64,000 nucleotides of DNA, from positions 555,871 through 619,870 of the forward strand of contig NMRA01000172.1 of the NCBI GenBank assembly GCA_002633005.1. Direction: 5' to 3'. This document shows positions 38,701 to 49,200 of this stretch, piece after piece; the stretch's first letter is position 1, and each line of letters starts with the position of its first letter. The DNA comes from Phoronis australis (lineage: Eukaryota; Animalia; Phoronida). Below the pieces are notes generated by a model. That model had not been told where the DNA came from, searched no databases, and was given only the letters and a program-made list of their open reading frames with translations. The translations under genes and the position numbers were made by a program.

Positions 38701-40349
38701 CAAAAAATAATTTGCAGTGACATGCTTACACTCAGTGTATCCGGGCTTGGAAAGCCCAATGACAAAAAGAGGAATTTTTTCCAGGGTGGTGTATCGTTCT
38801 ACAAATAGGCTTATGTGATAGAAATATTTTTTGTGTTGTAAAATTTATCTGAAATAAACACTTTTGCAATGCCATAAATAAAGTCAAAATAATGATAAAA
38901 AGAGACGAAAAAAGAGGAAATTGGAAATCAACTAAGAGGAAATTGAAACCAAAAATGAGGAAATCCTCTTTAAAAAGGAGAATTTTAAACCCTGACAAAT
39001 TCAAAAAATTCTGTTAAATAGTGTCACTCCATAATGAAAACATGTGATTTATGGCATACAAGATCAAATACAGGCTGGACTCACTTGGGCGACCTGCAGC
39101 TTGTTAATGTGACCTCAGTTTGTGTTTGGCAATCTGGTAAAAATGGTCACCACAAAGTCATCGGATTTTTGAAAGCTACAACTACGTCAGCGAAAGAAAA
39201 ATTGCACCTGTAAATTGCTTCAATATTTGTGGTGACGTCTAAACTTTAAAATCTAATATTCTTCCCAAATACAATAAGTTCAGTTCACAAATTTGTTGTA
39301 GTACTTCGTGAAATCTGTATACATGACAGGTTTACCACACATCAAAGCATGCACAGCGGGTAAACAGATGGCATTCGGAGTTGATTGGCAAAAAAACCCG
39401 ACAGGGAAGTTTTACAAAATCCCTCTTTTAAGAGTAAGTGATACAAAAATATGCCAGTTGTACAGCAAAGTGCTACATAGGATCCTTCCTACAACCGTTT
39501 GATTATCTAAAATAAATTATGTTGATTCTGATTCTGATTCTTGTGCTTTCTGTAAGAACGAATGTGAGACAATTGAACACTTATTAGACTCTTGCGTCAC
39601 GTCTTTTTGACGTGACATTGAGAGCCTGTTATCAGCGAGGGTCCACTCAAAACTCCATTTGAAAAAAGACAATACCTTTTGGAACTCCGTTTAAAAAAGA
39701 AAAATTTGTAAACAAGGTACTTAACTGGTTTCTATTACACGCAAAATATTACATATATATTTCAAAATTCAAATATTTCTCTTAATTATTTGAAAATATT
39801 TTTTTCTGTCAAGAAGTATATTCTAAAGCAGCAAAAAATCGAAGATGAACCACAGGTCGGAATTCTGGAAACTGTGGGAGTCTATCTTTGCTGACTAAGT
39901 TATCCATTCAATGATACATGTACATATATTGCGCGCTTAAAATTAATATGAGTAGGGCCTGCACTGGGTGACTGACATATGAATGTATGTGTATTATATC
40001 AAATTAAGTACCTCAACAATACTGTTAACATTTTTGTAATGCTGTTGTGCCAAACGTTAAGCCCTGCAATAACTAAATTGTACTTTTTTGATTCAGCAAA
40101 CTTATATAACAGAAAACATTATAGTACAAAACGGACGAGACATTTTACCAGGTTTTTTGGTATGATAGTTCGTTTTGGTCGCGACCCTGCAGCAACACCT
40201 TTCAGTCTACAACCTGCGCCACTAGCAGCTTGTCCCCTTGCTCTCTGTGACACTCCTCTAGCTTCCCTTCCAGGTTTTCTCACAGACAATGATTTCTTCT
40301 TCAGCTTTTTACTGACCTCAATACTAGCGCTTGTCTTTGCATCCTTCAT
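11742..40349 (-). CDS. JARID2: Protein Jumonji / JARID2 (PRC2.2 accessory subunit; JmjN, ARID, catalytically dead JmjC, degenerate C5HC2), multi-exon
   Basis: Exons read manually with GT-AG ends and consistent phases: 40149-40349 (ATG; RPKRTIIPK), 38198-38547 ([17 protein letters not shown]), 36957-37138 (AQRKFAQ; FLTFLCLRG), ~35777-36002 (donor uncertain), ~34402-35257 (S/T-rich, boundaries uncertain), 32372-33135, 31891-31996 (Jmj[22 protein letters not shown]), 31493-31645, 31140-31265 and 30249-30404 (ARID), 29512-29604, 28682-28794, 27465-27535, 27078-27192 (Jmj[13 protein letters not shown]), 26258-26366, 25316-25498, 21607-21731, 19887-20064, 12355-12471, 11742-11834 (TAA). The motifs match vertebrate JARID2. 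Confidence 0.95.
13017..13334. repeat. 18-bp minisatellite (AAAATGCACTGYTACAGC), about 17-18 copies, intronic
   Basis: Direct tandem array with few variant units. Several frames are open because the unit lacks stop codons in them. Confidence 0.95.
14703..16700 (+). CDS. MYORG: Myogenesis-regulating glycosidase-like (GH31 family, type II membrane anchor), single coding exon, nested in a JARID2 intron
   Basis: 665-aa ORF with an N-terminal hydrophobic anchor and the motifs [30 protein letters not shown] (nucleophile Asp), RMLDKDS (acid/base Asp), [14 protein letters not shown] and [10 protein letters not shown]. These are diagnostic of MYORG/KIAA1161-type GH31. Confidence 0.93.
   Translation: MFHITWAHSVTVITSIALSSYFLCNHWKGEQNYQLGHVGLKIDTNEGVYFAIFGNGSEQLSTGKLGIGLEQHDKEECSHAIKRPGLDSEGFCKEWKNKARLEINQLPWSADCYQITWQALAAGTVLEDCFDVNNKVRWFGGGETYSQPWPLHRDTVTMQRYVSGDFVPAPHQQFGGVIDNYWLTSTGVGIYVSDNVPLYHGSNASHVCFRAMNEKCQFGQKLPQLNYTMCHAGNIVETHRFMSEHFIDRPEGHPDELMFRYPIWSSWARYKTEINQTTFLQFAKEIKKYNFPSSQLELDDDYTTAYGDFVFNYDKFPEPKAMLQEIHELGYRTTSWIIPFANLNSKAFEEGSHHGYFLMNEANKVPLLVKWWQGTGAIIDPANEEAVHWWTKQLNKLKQFGLDSFKFDAGEVCYLPQQYLEDNPSRNPGFFTRDYVKMVAKFGTQVETRVGFRSQRHPVFVRMLDKDSKWGYNNGLRTLIPTALLFSLLGYPFILPDMVGGNGYGEEVLLHSSVLPQKELFIRWLQVTTFLPSIQFSFVPWQYDSETIEISRDMVHLHSQYVAPLCIRLAQTAAETGEPIIRPLWWIAPTDPIAVEIDSEFLIGNDVLVTPVLDESARERDIYIPEGQWKNMINGQIYQGPQWLFKFPVALNEVIYFENLGNEEE
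17853..18147 (+). pseudogene. P2X7 C-terminal ballast-like (KolX/nanor-type) Cys-rich protein fragment
   Basis: Reads MAGVGDQ...GYMFEPEY...[28 protein letters not shown], matching WCxCxxCxxMxxxxECxCC. A T7 frameshift (~17934-40) and an in-frame TAG (18001) interrupt it. Confidence 0.75.
18150..18681 (-). pseudogene. Transposase N-terminal fragment (THAP tail plus CxxC..C..H zinc-binding region)
   Basis: Reads LKKDAIPSV (THAP AVPT box), RSAFLKRE and [15 protein letters not shown]...[13 protein letters not shown]. It is frameshifted and the DDE core is absent. Confidence 0.7.
19440..19535 (-). mobile_element. tRNA-derived SINE head (degenerate)
   Basis: Minus strand shows box A-like AACTCAGTAGACTAGAGC, stem TTCTGC..GCAGAA and box B GTTCAAGTCCC. 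Confidence 0.6.
21190..21511. mobile_element. Palindrome of two divergent tRNA-derived SINE heads
   Basis: Arms 21190-21344 and 21360-21511 are reverse complements around a 15-nt spacer. Each has box A (TAGCTCAGTGGTAAGA-like) and box B (GGTTCGATTCCC-like). Confidence 0.8.
21739..21955. repeat. 53-bp tandem repeat x4 abutting a JARID2 splice acceptor
   Basis: Unit ACAAGTCAGCTGATGCTCAGCACAGATACATCTGTATGACTTGGTCATCTGAG. CAGATAC recurs at 21761, 21814, 21867 and 21920. Confidence 0.95.
22801..24263. mobile_element. Kolobok-like insertion at TTAA with a decayed THAP domain; right end not seen (gap)
   Basis: Starts AGGCGAATGCCACC right after TTAA 22797-800, similar to the 17519 terminus. The duplicated block has the empty TTAA at 25236-39. 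The + strand from 22974 reads [22 protein letters not shown], then HLRVCGL after a frameshift, which fits THAP. Confidence 0.7.
24265..25239. repeat. Near-identical duplicate of ~21820-22800 after a single-N gap (probable alternate haplotype)
   Basis: Colinear with scattered substitutions and small indels, roughly 95% identity by eye. It begins at the N at 24264. Confidence 0.85.
36558..36747. repeat. Degenerate ~45-55-bp tandem repeat x4, intronic
   Basis: Recurrent CACAGCATGCTGCATGTGTTTGAGTTGA..TGACTGGTAT. Confidence 0.75.
38741..38994. mobile_element. hAT-like MITE (family B), second copy
   Basis: Homologous to 11456-11679, with CCGGGCTT...AAACCCTG termini. Confidence 0.6.
39370..39900 (+). 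mobile_element. L1/Tx1-type LINE 3' remnant (zf-RVT CCHC region)
   Basis: Reads [27 protein letters not shown] and [11 protein letters not shown], with stops and frameshifts. Confidence 0.75.
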
Positions 40350-40539
40350 GGTAACTTTGTTGACAGTTCCCCATTCACAAAATTCAGCTTATAACCTATG
40401 CAAGTCATACACGAAATCACTTTTAAGTCAAATTCAATGGTCACACTTATTAACAGGCTCTAGAATTGGACGGGAGTTTGATCTTCGGTTGCATTGCTCG
40501 AGTATTTGCAGAGCTGAAATTATATCCCCTGTCACGGCA

Positions 40540-41200
40540 ACTTGTAACAATGGCCAGTTGCCGATTTGGGCAACTGAACGAAGGCCTGTTCAAAAGAAGT
40601 TTCACTGTGGGAGAATTTGTTCGAGCTGGGAAGAGTCTCCTAAGGTGTCCCTCTATGTGCAAAAGGTATATGAGGTCATATCTGCTGGCGTCAGCAGTGT
40701 AAAATGACTAGTTGCTGACCAGCGCAAATGATAAACGGACTGCTAGAAAAAAAGTTAATTGATTTTGGGAGTATTTGTTTGAGTTGGAAGGAATCAATGG
40801 CCTCCTAACTTGAGGTGTCCCTCTATACACAAACAGGCACTTAAGCAACATGGCTTTGATGTTTTAATTAATATGAGACATAATTTGCCGAAAACTTTCC
40901 AGCATAGGGCCATATCTACTGCTAGTTGCGAAGGTGGTAGTGGTACCATCTACTGTGCACTTAGACAGTGCCACCGTCTCTACTAAGTAGTAGAGAAGGT
41001 GATGCTCCCATAGGTCCTTCATACAGCAGAAGCTTTCGGCAAATTATGCCGCACACTGATTAAACCATCAAAGACTGCTATAAGATCCTTTTTGCCCATA
41101 AAGGGACACCTTAGGAGGCCATCGATGCCTTTAATCCTTAACAATTCCAAGAACTACTCCGTGACAGTACTCAAACCTTTTTAGAAGTCCTTCATTATTT
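40540..41200. mobile_element. Cluster of family A repeats (one partial + copy, one + copy, one - copy tail-to-tail)
   Basis: 40540-40670 and 40697-40950 (+) and 40962-41200 (-) share AGGTGTCCCT, TTGGAAG/GAAT and CATAATTTGCCGAAA-type motifs. Confidence 0.65.
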
Positions 41201-42427
41201 GTCTAAATCAGCAACAGGCCAATTTTACATCAGGAATGATGGGAGATATTGCTGTGCGTGCGCTTGAAATCTTGCTTTTAAAATCTCAAGATTGTGTACG
41301 TGTGAACTTGGAATTGAGTATTCATTAAGGCAATCAGGTGAAATTTTAAGTTCATTTTGAAGAATATTTGCAGTTACTGGCATCACGATATCACCAATTT
41401 TCTCCTTTACCGTAACTTGTGTCACAGGACTGGAGGAATATGTGTTTGGTGAATATGATTGCCAATATACGAAATGAGGTTGATTAAAATTTATATTGTT
41501 TTACAAGCATGTATTGTAATTTGCTTTAAGTGCAGTCTAAATTTTTTGCAACGTGTATGCCATTAATTGTGTTGGTTTCATGGTGTATTCTAAGTTCACA
41601 CATGAAGACCTTGAGATTAAGCAGGATTTCAAGTTCACATACAGCAGCATGAAGCGAAATTATTAGGTACATGTACTACAAGCAACGTGACTGTCTTTGA
41701 TGCCTATACAACACAAGTTTGAAAATTGACACTGACAGGATTCCCTTTATTTATTTAAATGAGTAGAAGCCGCAGATGACGCTCTAAAGAAAGAGTTTGT
41801 GATCTGTTTTTAATCAAAATACGTGACATGTCAGCTCGCTAAATATCGCAAATGTAAAAAGTTATTGCGAGACTGGGACGCGTTTGTCTCATTCACTGCC
41901 CCCATAGCCATAGATTTAGTTGCCATTGAGGCATTGAGCATCAGCCCAGGCATCAGTCACACTGTGTTGACTTGATGTGGTTCAATCCACAGGGGTTCAA
42001 TCACCGCGTGGATACCAGAACAATAAATTACAAATGCTCCCTATATCAATTAAAATATTAACAACAAACCCCCGTTCTTTTTCAGGGTTAATACCGCACA
42101 AGGCCTTTCACAAATCAATATTAATTAACAGAAAACAACAAAAACAAAACGCACATGCCTTCGGCGAGGATTGAAGTCCTGTCAAGATTTGTCAACAAGG
42201 AACCCAAAGCTAACATTCACTAGAAAAACTTAAACATCCATCAAACAAGACTATTGATGAATTTTAATTTTTCTACTAATAAATTATTAAAATAAAACTG
42301 TATTATATTTTTTCAGAGTCTTTATGTTAAAGATATTTGTTAGAATTGTCATAAAAAATTTATGGTATTTGGGCTCTGTATATTCCACCCAATCAGATTC
42401 ACGGATCGTTTTCTTAGCTTGATAAAA

Positions 42428-42605
42428 ATGGCCGCCTCCATGAAGCCGGGTTCGGTTGTACTGATGTTGTCAGTATTCATAAGTTTGATAAGATCTGAAG
42501 AGTTTCACGAGGAATTGTTCATCAAGCCTTTTTTATCAGGACATGTTTATTCCCATTTTCAGTTCACCACCACTGTTGACGCAAACGTCGATGACCCCAA
42601 ATCAT
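42428..42605 (+). CDS. PIGT: PIGT exon 1, duplicate copy A (probable alternate haplotype)
   Basis: Block 42103-42614 is repeated at 42888-43402 across the N at 42887. It encodes MAASMKPG..signal..[24 protein letters not shown] with a GT donor at 42606. Confidence 0.7.
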
Positions 42606-42613
42606 GTAAGGAT

Positions 42614-42886
42614 CTAGGCAATGACCATCGCCTCTGTTGGCCCGAAGCAGAGGCGATGTAGAGGCTATAGGCGCTCTGTACGCCGGAAGCTTTTCGGCGA
42701 ATTATGCCTCGCACCGACTAAACCATCAAAGTCACGTTGTTACAAATACCTTTTGCGCATAGAGGAACACCTTAGGAGGTTGTCGATGTGTTTAATTCCT
42801 TCCAACTCGAACAAATACTCCCGTTATGAAACTTTTTCTTCGAGCAGTCCCTATTTCAGTTCCCAAAATCGTGAACTCAACTTTTT
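42614..42886 (-). mobile_element. Family A repeat inserted just downstream of the PIGT exon-1 donor in copy A only
   Basis: Copy A reads GTAAGGATC|TAGGC and copy B reads GTAAGGATC|AGGTT. An 11-bp stem CATCGCCTCTG..CAGAGGCGATG lies near the end. Confidence 0.65.
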
Positions 42887-43167
42887 NGCCTTTCACAAAT
42901 CAATATTAATTAGCAGAAAACAACAAAAACAAAACGCACATGCCTTCGGCGAGGATTGAAGTCCTGTCAAGATTTGTCAACAAGGAACCCAAAGCTAACA
43001 TTCACCAGAAAAACTTAAACATCCATCAAACAAGACTATTGATGAATTTTAATTTTTTTACTAATAAATTATTAAAATAAAACTGTATTATATTTTTTCG
43101 GAGTCTTTATGTTAAAGATATTTGTTAGAATTGTCATAAAAAATTTATGGTATTTGGGCTCTGTAAA

Positions 43168-43222
43168 TTCCACCCAATCAGATTCACGGATCGTTTTCTT
43201 AGCTTGATAAAAATGGCCGCCT
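43168..43222 (+). promoter_or_regulatory. PIGT proximal promoter elements: CCAAT box and YY1-like AAAATGGCCGCC overlapping the ATG
   Basis: CCAATCAG lies about 40 bp upstream of the ATG, and AAAATGGCCGCC spans the start codon, as is common in housekeeping genes. Confidence 0.45.
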
Positions 43223-46200
43223 CCATGAAGCCGGGTTCGGTTGTACTGATGTTGTTGTCAGTATTCATAAGTTTGATAAAATCTGAAGAGTTTCACGAGG
43301 AATTGTTCATCAAGCCTTTTTTATCAGGACATGTTTATTCCCATTTTCAGTTCACCACCACTGTTGACGCAAACGTCGATGACCCCAAATCATGTAAGGA
43401 TCAGGTTTTCTTTACTGAGTTAGTGATTGCTGGCGTGCGTTCAGTAGCGGCTAGGACCTACGCTAGGACCTAGCTAAAGCCTAGCCAAAGTCACGTGCTC
43501 TCATTTAAAACGCACGGTAATATCTCACGCAATCTCGCGAAGTCTTGTTTTTTAGCGAGGTCCTAGCGTTACTGAACGGGAGGCTGTTGTAGTGTTGTAT
43601 TATCTACTTTTTTAACATGTTTACCCAGCCCGCTAGCTGTCTGAAGACTGACGTCAAAATACAGCTGGGAACCGCTGTGTTTTAATCTGATTCTCACCTA
43701 GACGTCAAATTTTCATTTTGCCCTGTAGTAGCGTGCAGAGGTTTGTGTAGACAGTGACCACTGCATGTCAGCTAGGTGGCAACACCTAGCCCCTCGGTTG
43801 GCCGGTTAGGGGCTACAATACTTCCCATCGCTTTCTGTACAAATTTTGTGTATTTTAAATGGGTGGTAGGCCAAATCCGGCCAATGATTAGGAGTTTTAC
43901 CTTGTCAAATGCTTTCCACACTTCAAACTATCACTTAAAAAATCACTTACTTTCTTCAGTGGTCTTTTCTACTTCCACCCATATCTTTGATGAAGCTTAG
44001 TTATGAGAATTAAGGTGACTTTGGTGAAGAATTCCAACTCCATTTTTTTGTCACCATTAACTTTTTCACTACGCATGCGATAATTACAAAGTATTTCAAC
44101 TGAGTCACGTGAGTTAGGCAAAGGCTAGCGCAAGACTGAGCGAAGGGTGTGACTTGGCGCGTGACACTTGCAAAATAGCATGGGAAGATATCAGGTGTAA
44201 TATGTAAGATTTGTGTCCCTTGGACCTTTCATTTGTCAACATATGTGATTTCACATAACTTCCTCATAATAGCACCGGTTAAGAGAAACTCGAGCAAACC
44301 ATGACAGATTTCCATCGATTTGTTCAAATTATCTTGGCCGAATCGTCTCCAGACTTATGGTATGTGTTAATTATAACTCCATGTGCATACATGCATTTTC
44401 ATTGATTTTAATTCCTGTATTTTGAAATTTGTAACTTTATGTGGGGATGTACTATAGCCCCTGTATGGCTGCGGCATCCAAGGCGATGTAGTTGCCTAGG
44501 TGACTCAATGCCTCAATAGACGGTTCTTAGGTGCTTCATACACCTACTAAAACTACAAATTCACATTGTTATAAATACCTTATTCCCATAGAGGGTCACC
44601 TTAGGAGGCCATTGATGTCTTTAAATCCTTCCAACTCAAACAAGTACTCTCGTTATAAAACTTTTTCTTTGAGCAGTCCATCTTTCAGTTCCAAACATCT
44701 GTAACTGGCCATTTTTACACTGCGCAGGCCAAGGGATATGACGTGATATCACCAGCTGCATGCAGTGTTAAAAATGGCCAATGGAAGCGGATGCGATCAT
44801 ATGCTTCCTTGAAAACATAGCGATATTTCATGTCTTGCAAGGTCTTGCATTTCGGTGAAGTTCTCGCAATCATGCACGGAATGCACCCCCTACCAACTGT
44901 TTAGGTTTACACTCTTCCCGTCTTCCCAAAATTTTTGTTTTTCAGGCTTGGGTATTTACCCGCCCTCTAAGTTTTATTTTCCCTATTTAAGCACCCTGGA
45001 CATTAACTACACACAGGCAGGTACAGCACATAATTTGTTTACGTCTTGTTTTACTTTCAGTCCAACACTTTAGGCTCTTCCCCAAGGCTCTAGGTGAAGT
45101 ATTAGCCAAGTATTCAGTGCAAGAGCTTCACTTAAGTCTGACTCAGGGCCTGTGGCGACATCAAAAGTGGGGCTACCCTGTTGTAGATAACCCCCCGGGG
45201 GCTGAGCTTTGGGTGTGGTTTAGTGAGAACACACGCAGGTGAGTGTCGTAAGATCAACCTGTGTCTAATGAATTATTGTGAGCAATAGTCATGTTACATC
45301 TAGCCTGATGACAGGAGTCCTGTTAAAAACCCATATGGGATATTGGAAAGGATCTCTGCATTTGGGAGTTTTTGATTATTTTAATTGTACAGTAGTAATT
45401 TATCAAATGAATTTACTTTAAAGTTGCGCTCACTGAATAAGTATCATGGTAATATATATGCAACTTGAGTGTACTATGTAGTTCTTACCTAACTTCAATA
45501 ATCATCTTTTAATAAAAGGTGCAACTTCAGTGAATAGTTAAGTGTGATAATTAAGTCTACAGTTCTATTTTGTGCAGAGAAGCATTAGAACAAATGTTAT
45601 AAGTTTGTAGTAGTAGATAGATGTACATTGGGACTAATACTATGACTTTGTGCTATCAGCTAGACATACATTGCGTTGTAGTGTTGATGAGACCTGGCCT
45701 GAACTGACCAATGTTCTCTCTGGAATGTTCTGTGCCTCACTCAACTTCATGGACAGTCAGTCCACCGTTAGCCCTCGCCTGTCTTTCCGTCCACGCGGTG
45801 TCGCTAGTGAATTCTATCAGCGCAACTCGTCACTGCTGCGCTATGCAGCCCTGCCGCGTGAACTGGTGTGCACAGAGAATTTGACTCCTTGGAAGAAGTT
45901 GTTACCTTGCAGCTCAAAGGTAAAGAAGATGCACTTCATGACCTATTTACAATATAGGTCAATTGATTACTCCATTAAGTTTTACTGATTGTAGAAATGA
46001 AAATTGTCAGAATTTCGTGACTAAAGAGTTGTCCATCTCCTAATAGACCTTTAAAGGCATTTGATGGTAAAATAAGTGTCAAACATCCATAAGGTTATTC
46101 AACCCTTTTAAAACTAGGCAGCTTCTATTGTATGAGAGCTCTTTTTTCTTTTGGTGGCTGAAAACAATTGCTATCATCGGCAAAGGAAATTATGGAAGAA

Positions 46201-49200
46201 CTCAATTTAAGTTTTGACTCTGTCTTAACAGTTTTTTTTCATGTAAGTAAGTCACAACTTGTTCAATGTTACCTGTCAATGAGAAAACATCTTAATGGTG
46301 TTTCAGGCTGGGATTGCCTCTCTGTTTCATTCCAAGAAGCTGTATGATTCTTATTACCAATCCATGTCACTAGATGTCAGGCCTGTATGCAGGGTGAGTT
46401 GAATTGTGCAAAAACTGACCTGTAGCATGCATGATAGAGTTTACATTCACCTTTGTTATGTAACAACAGACCTGTGTATCATACACACTGATTCGTATGG
46501 AAATCAAGCCTCCAGTACACAAGTACGCACAGCCAGGCAAAAACACGCAAATTCAGCAAAATTCAAAAGAGATTTTTAATTCACCTATTTCTCAATAAAT
46601 ACGCCTATTTGTATTCAAAACGGACGAGGAAGAAGATTTCAAAGTTAGAAATTAAAAAATTATTGTAATGTCCTTATTTTAGCCAAAATGTTAAGCTACA
46701 AATTTGTTTCATTCTCGAAATAGCCTGACAATCGGGGAATCGCGAGGCCTCTTCTATCGGTATGTGTGTCACAGGCCTAACCTATAAGCAACGACTTCTG
46801 TGATTTGTGGATTGCTTACTTCGTCTAATTCCGGCTATTTACGACTAAATACGTACTGTTGACAAAATGGCAAAGTACGAGTGGTCGCATATTCCAAGAT
46901 GTGAAGAAAGTAGCTTCTGATAGAAGGGAACATTCTGTTTTTGTCGCGTTATTCCAAAGAATGACTGTCTTATTCAAGGGACCGTGGAATTTATACTGCA
47001 AGTTGTACAGCATGTTGTTTGTTGTTTTTTTGCGGATATGGTGGCTGTTCACAGACACTTTGCTATTCAAAACTTTTGTGAATGGTTAAGAAAATATCGT
47101 CTGGGGTAAAACATTGTCCAGTGCAGATTCATCAACACATTTTTGCAGATATGTTTTTGTGTTAAGAAATTAGGTGTACATTAGGCATGTAACTAAGTTC
47201 AGGAGTAAGGACATTTTCGATAAATTGGCAGTGTCTTTTCACTAAGCGCGTTGTCCCTCAACTAAACGACTTAAAATTATTCTGAAAATTGATGATCAGT
47301 TTACTACGTGTATTTTAGAAACTGTTTCAGAGGTAAGTAAGTAGGAAAAGTACCCATGCGTCTACCCAGAGGGGGCTTGAATGAGTCCCCCACTTGGCAA
47401 AGTGGGCAAAAAGGTCCTGAGAGAAACCAAAAATCCGAGTAAAGGAGACAAAACTCCACTGAAGAGGCAAGAATTTGGCGAAAGCTCTGAACGCTGAGCA
47501 AACCCATTGTTTTTTTTTAGCCAGTGAAAGGTCCACTGTCGTAAATTCAACCCCCCCCCCTTATATTTTAGAGTAAATTTGTTCTGTACGTGAAAATCAG
47601 CAAATTTACTGAAAATCTGCAAAACTGGTGTTCAGAGTACTCCAATGCAGTTTTGGTGGTACACAGGTCTGTCTACCACTTCAATGGTGAAACCTGTCAC
47701 TGTTCCAAAGTTGAAAAATAAATCAGAGTGGTTTTAGCGATGTTTTTTTCAAAACGCAACTGAGATTTTTGATATTATATAGGTTTGCAACCCTATTTGA
47801 ATCGTAACTTTCAAAATGAAACGAACTCTAAGGAAAATTAGATTAATTGCATTTTACACGAAAACTTTATGTTCCGTTTTATTCCAGGATGATCAATGCC
47901 TGTCCACCTCAGTTGAGTTATCTCAGTCTATCTCGGTGGTCCTGGAACCAGCATTGACCAGTAGGAAGAGTAGACAAGGTAACTTTGAAGTATAGTGTGA
48001 CTGAACAAGTTCACAAATTGGGTTGTTCATTGTTACAGTAGGAACAAGTGTTGGGTGAATGAACAGGTGCATGTGTCGGATCGTTCATGCAAAAGCTGGT
48101 TTTCTTTGTTTTATTCAATATTTCATTAGCTCGTTGAACGGTGGTTTTGATCAGTTGATATTCTGAGCGTTTCACTAAACATTGGTTTCATGAGGAGTAC
48201 ACTTTGAGGTAACCTGGTCATTTGAGCAGTTAACATTCAAAGTCAAAATATTGTGATGCACTCTACTGAAAATACAGTTCAGGAAGCTGATTTTAACGAT
48301 GACAGACTTTGCCTGGTTTTGAAACTTGCAAACAAAGTACTATGTCCGTAATTGTAAACTTATTGGGAATTCATGTATCAGATGGTTTCTCTTTGTATTA
48401 CTTCATAGTTTTGTTTATGCCTTATTAAATTTTGTAGATTGGACTCTGAGATCCATGTTTGGAAAAGCTATATTAAACCATTGTCCATTAGCCGAGACCA
48501 GTAAAGTTTATGTGGACACTACATCAACTGTGGTAGGTTTTTTTTAAGCAAGGTGCAGTGGTAAGGTCAAGGACTGTGTTCAAGTCAGAATTAAATCTAG
48601 GTGCTGAATCAATCCCACTGCTGAATAACAGCTTAATGTTTACTAGTAGTAATAGCTTATTGCCTTGACGAAGTTTGGATGAGACTACAGGCTCAGTTTG
48701 CTTACAAATTTTGTGTGTTATTCTTTTGAAGGTAGGCTTTAAGAATGCATTTTTCCATTAGGAAAACATTCAAAATAGATTCAGTGACTTGATTGAGACT
48801 TTTTACCGATTGTTTGCTTCACTTTTGATGGATGTCGCAAAACTTGTTTGTTGTCTTTTAGAGCAGCTGAGCTATTCTTGACATTTGTATAATGGTTTAT
48901 TTGCTGCATTATTCCCATAGGTGTCACCCTTTACTCTGTCACCCAAGCCTCAAGAGACTGTTCAAATCAAGCATGGTGACTCCGCCAAAACCTACGCAGT
49001 GTACGACATCCCAGCATCTATCAAGAAGCCTGCTGATGCCCTCAATGTGCAGGCCACATATTCACGAGACATTGTGTATAAACCCCAAGAGCTGCCAATG
49101 CTTTACGTACATAGATACCTCTCAGGTAATTTATCTCTTGACAGATGATTCATCCAGGTTATGAATATTTCAGCCTGATGTACCTAATAAAAAGTTTACG

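Noticed and set aside
39979-40707. 242-aa + strand ORF (also the + strand ORFs at 32378, 34280, 38225 and 61912-63579)
   Set aside because: These are antisense shadows of real minus-strand exons, or run through repeat DNA.
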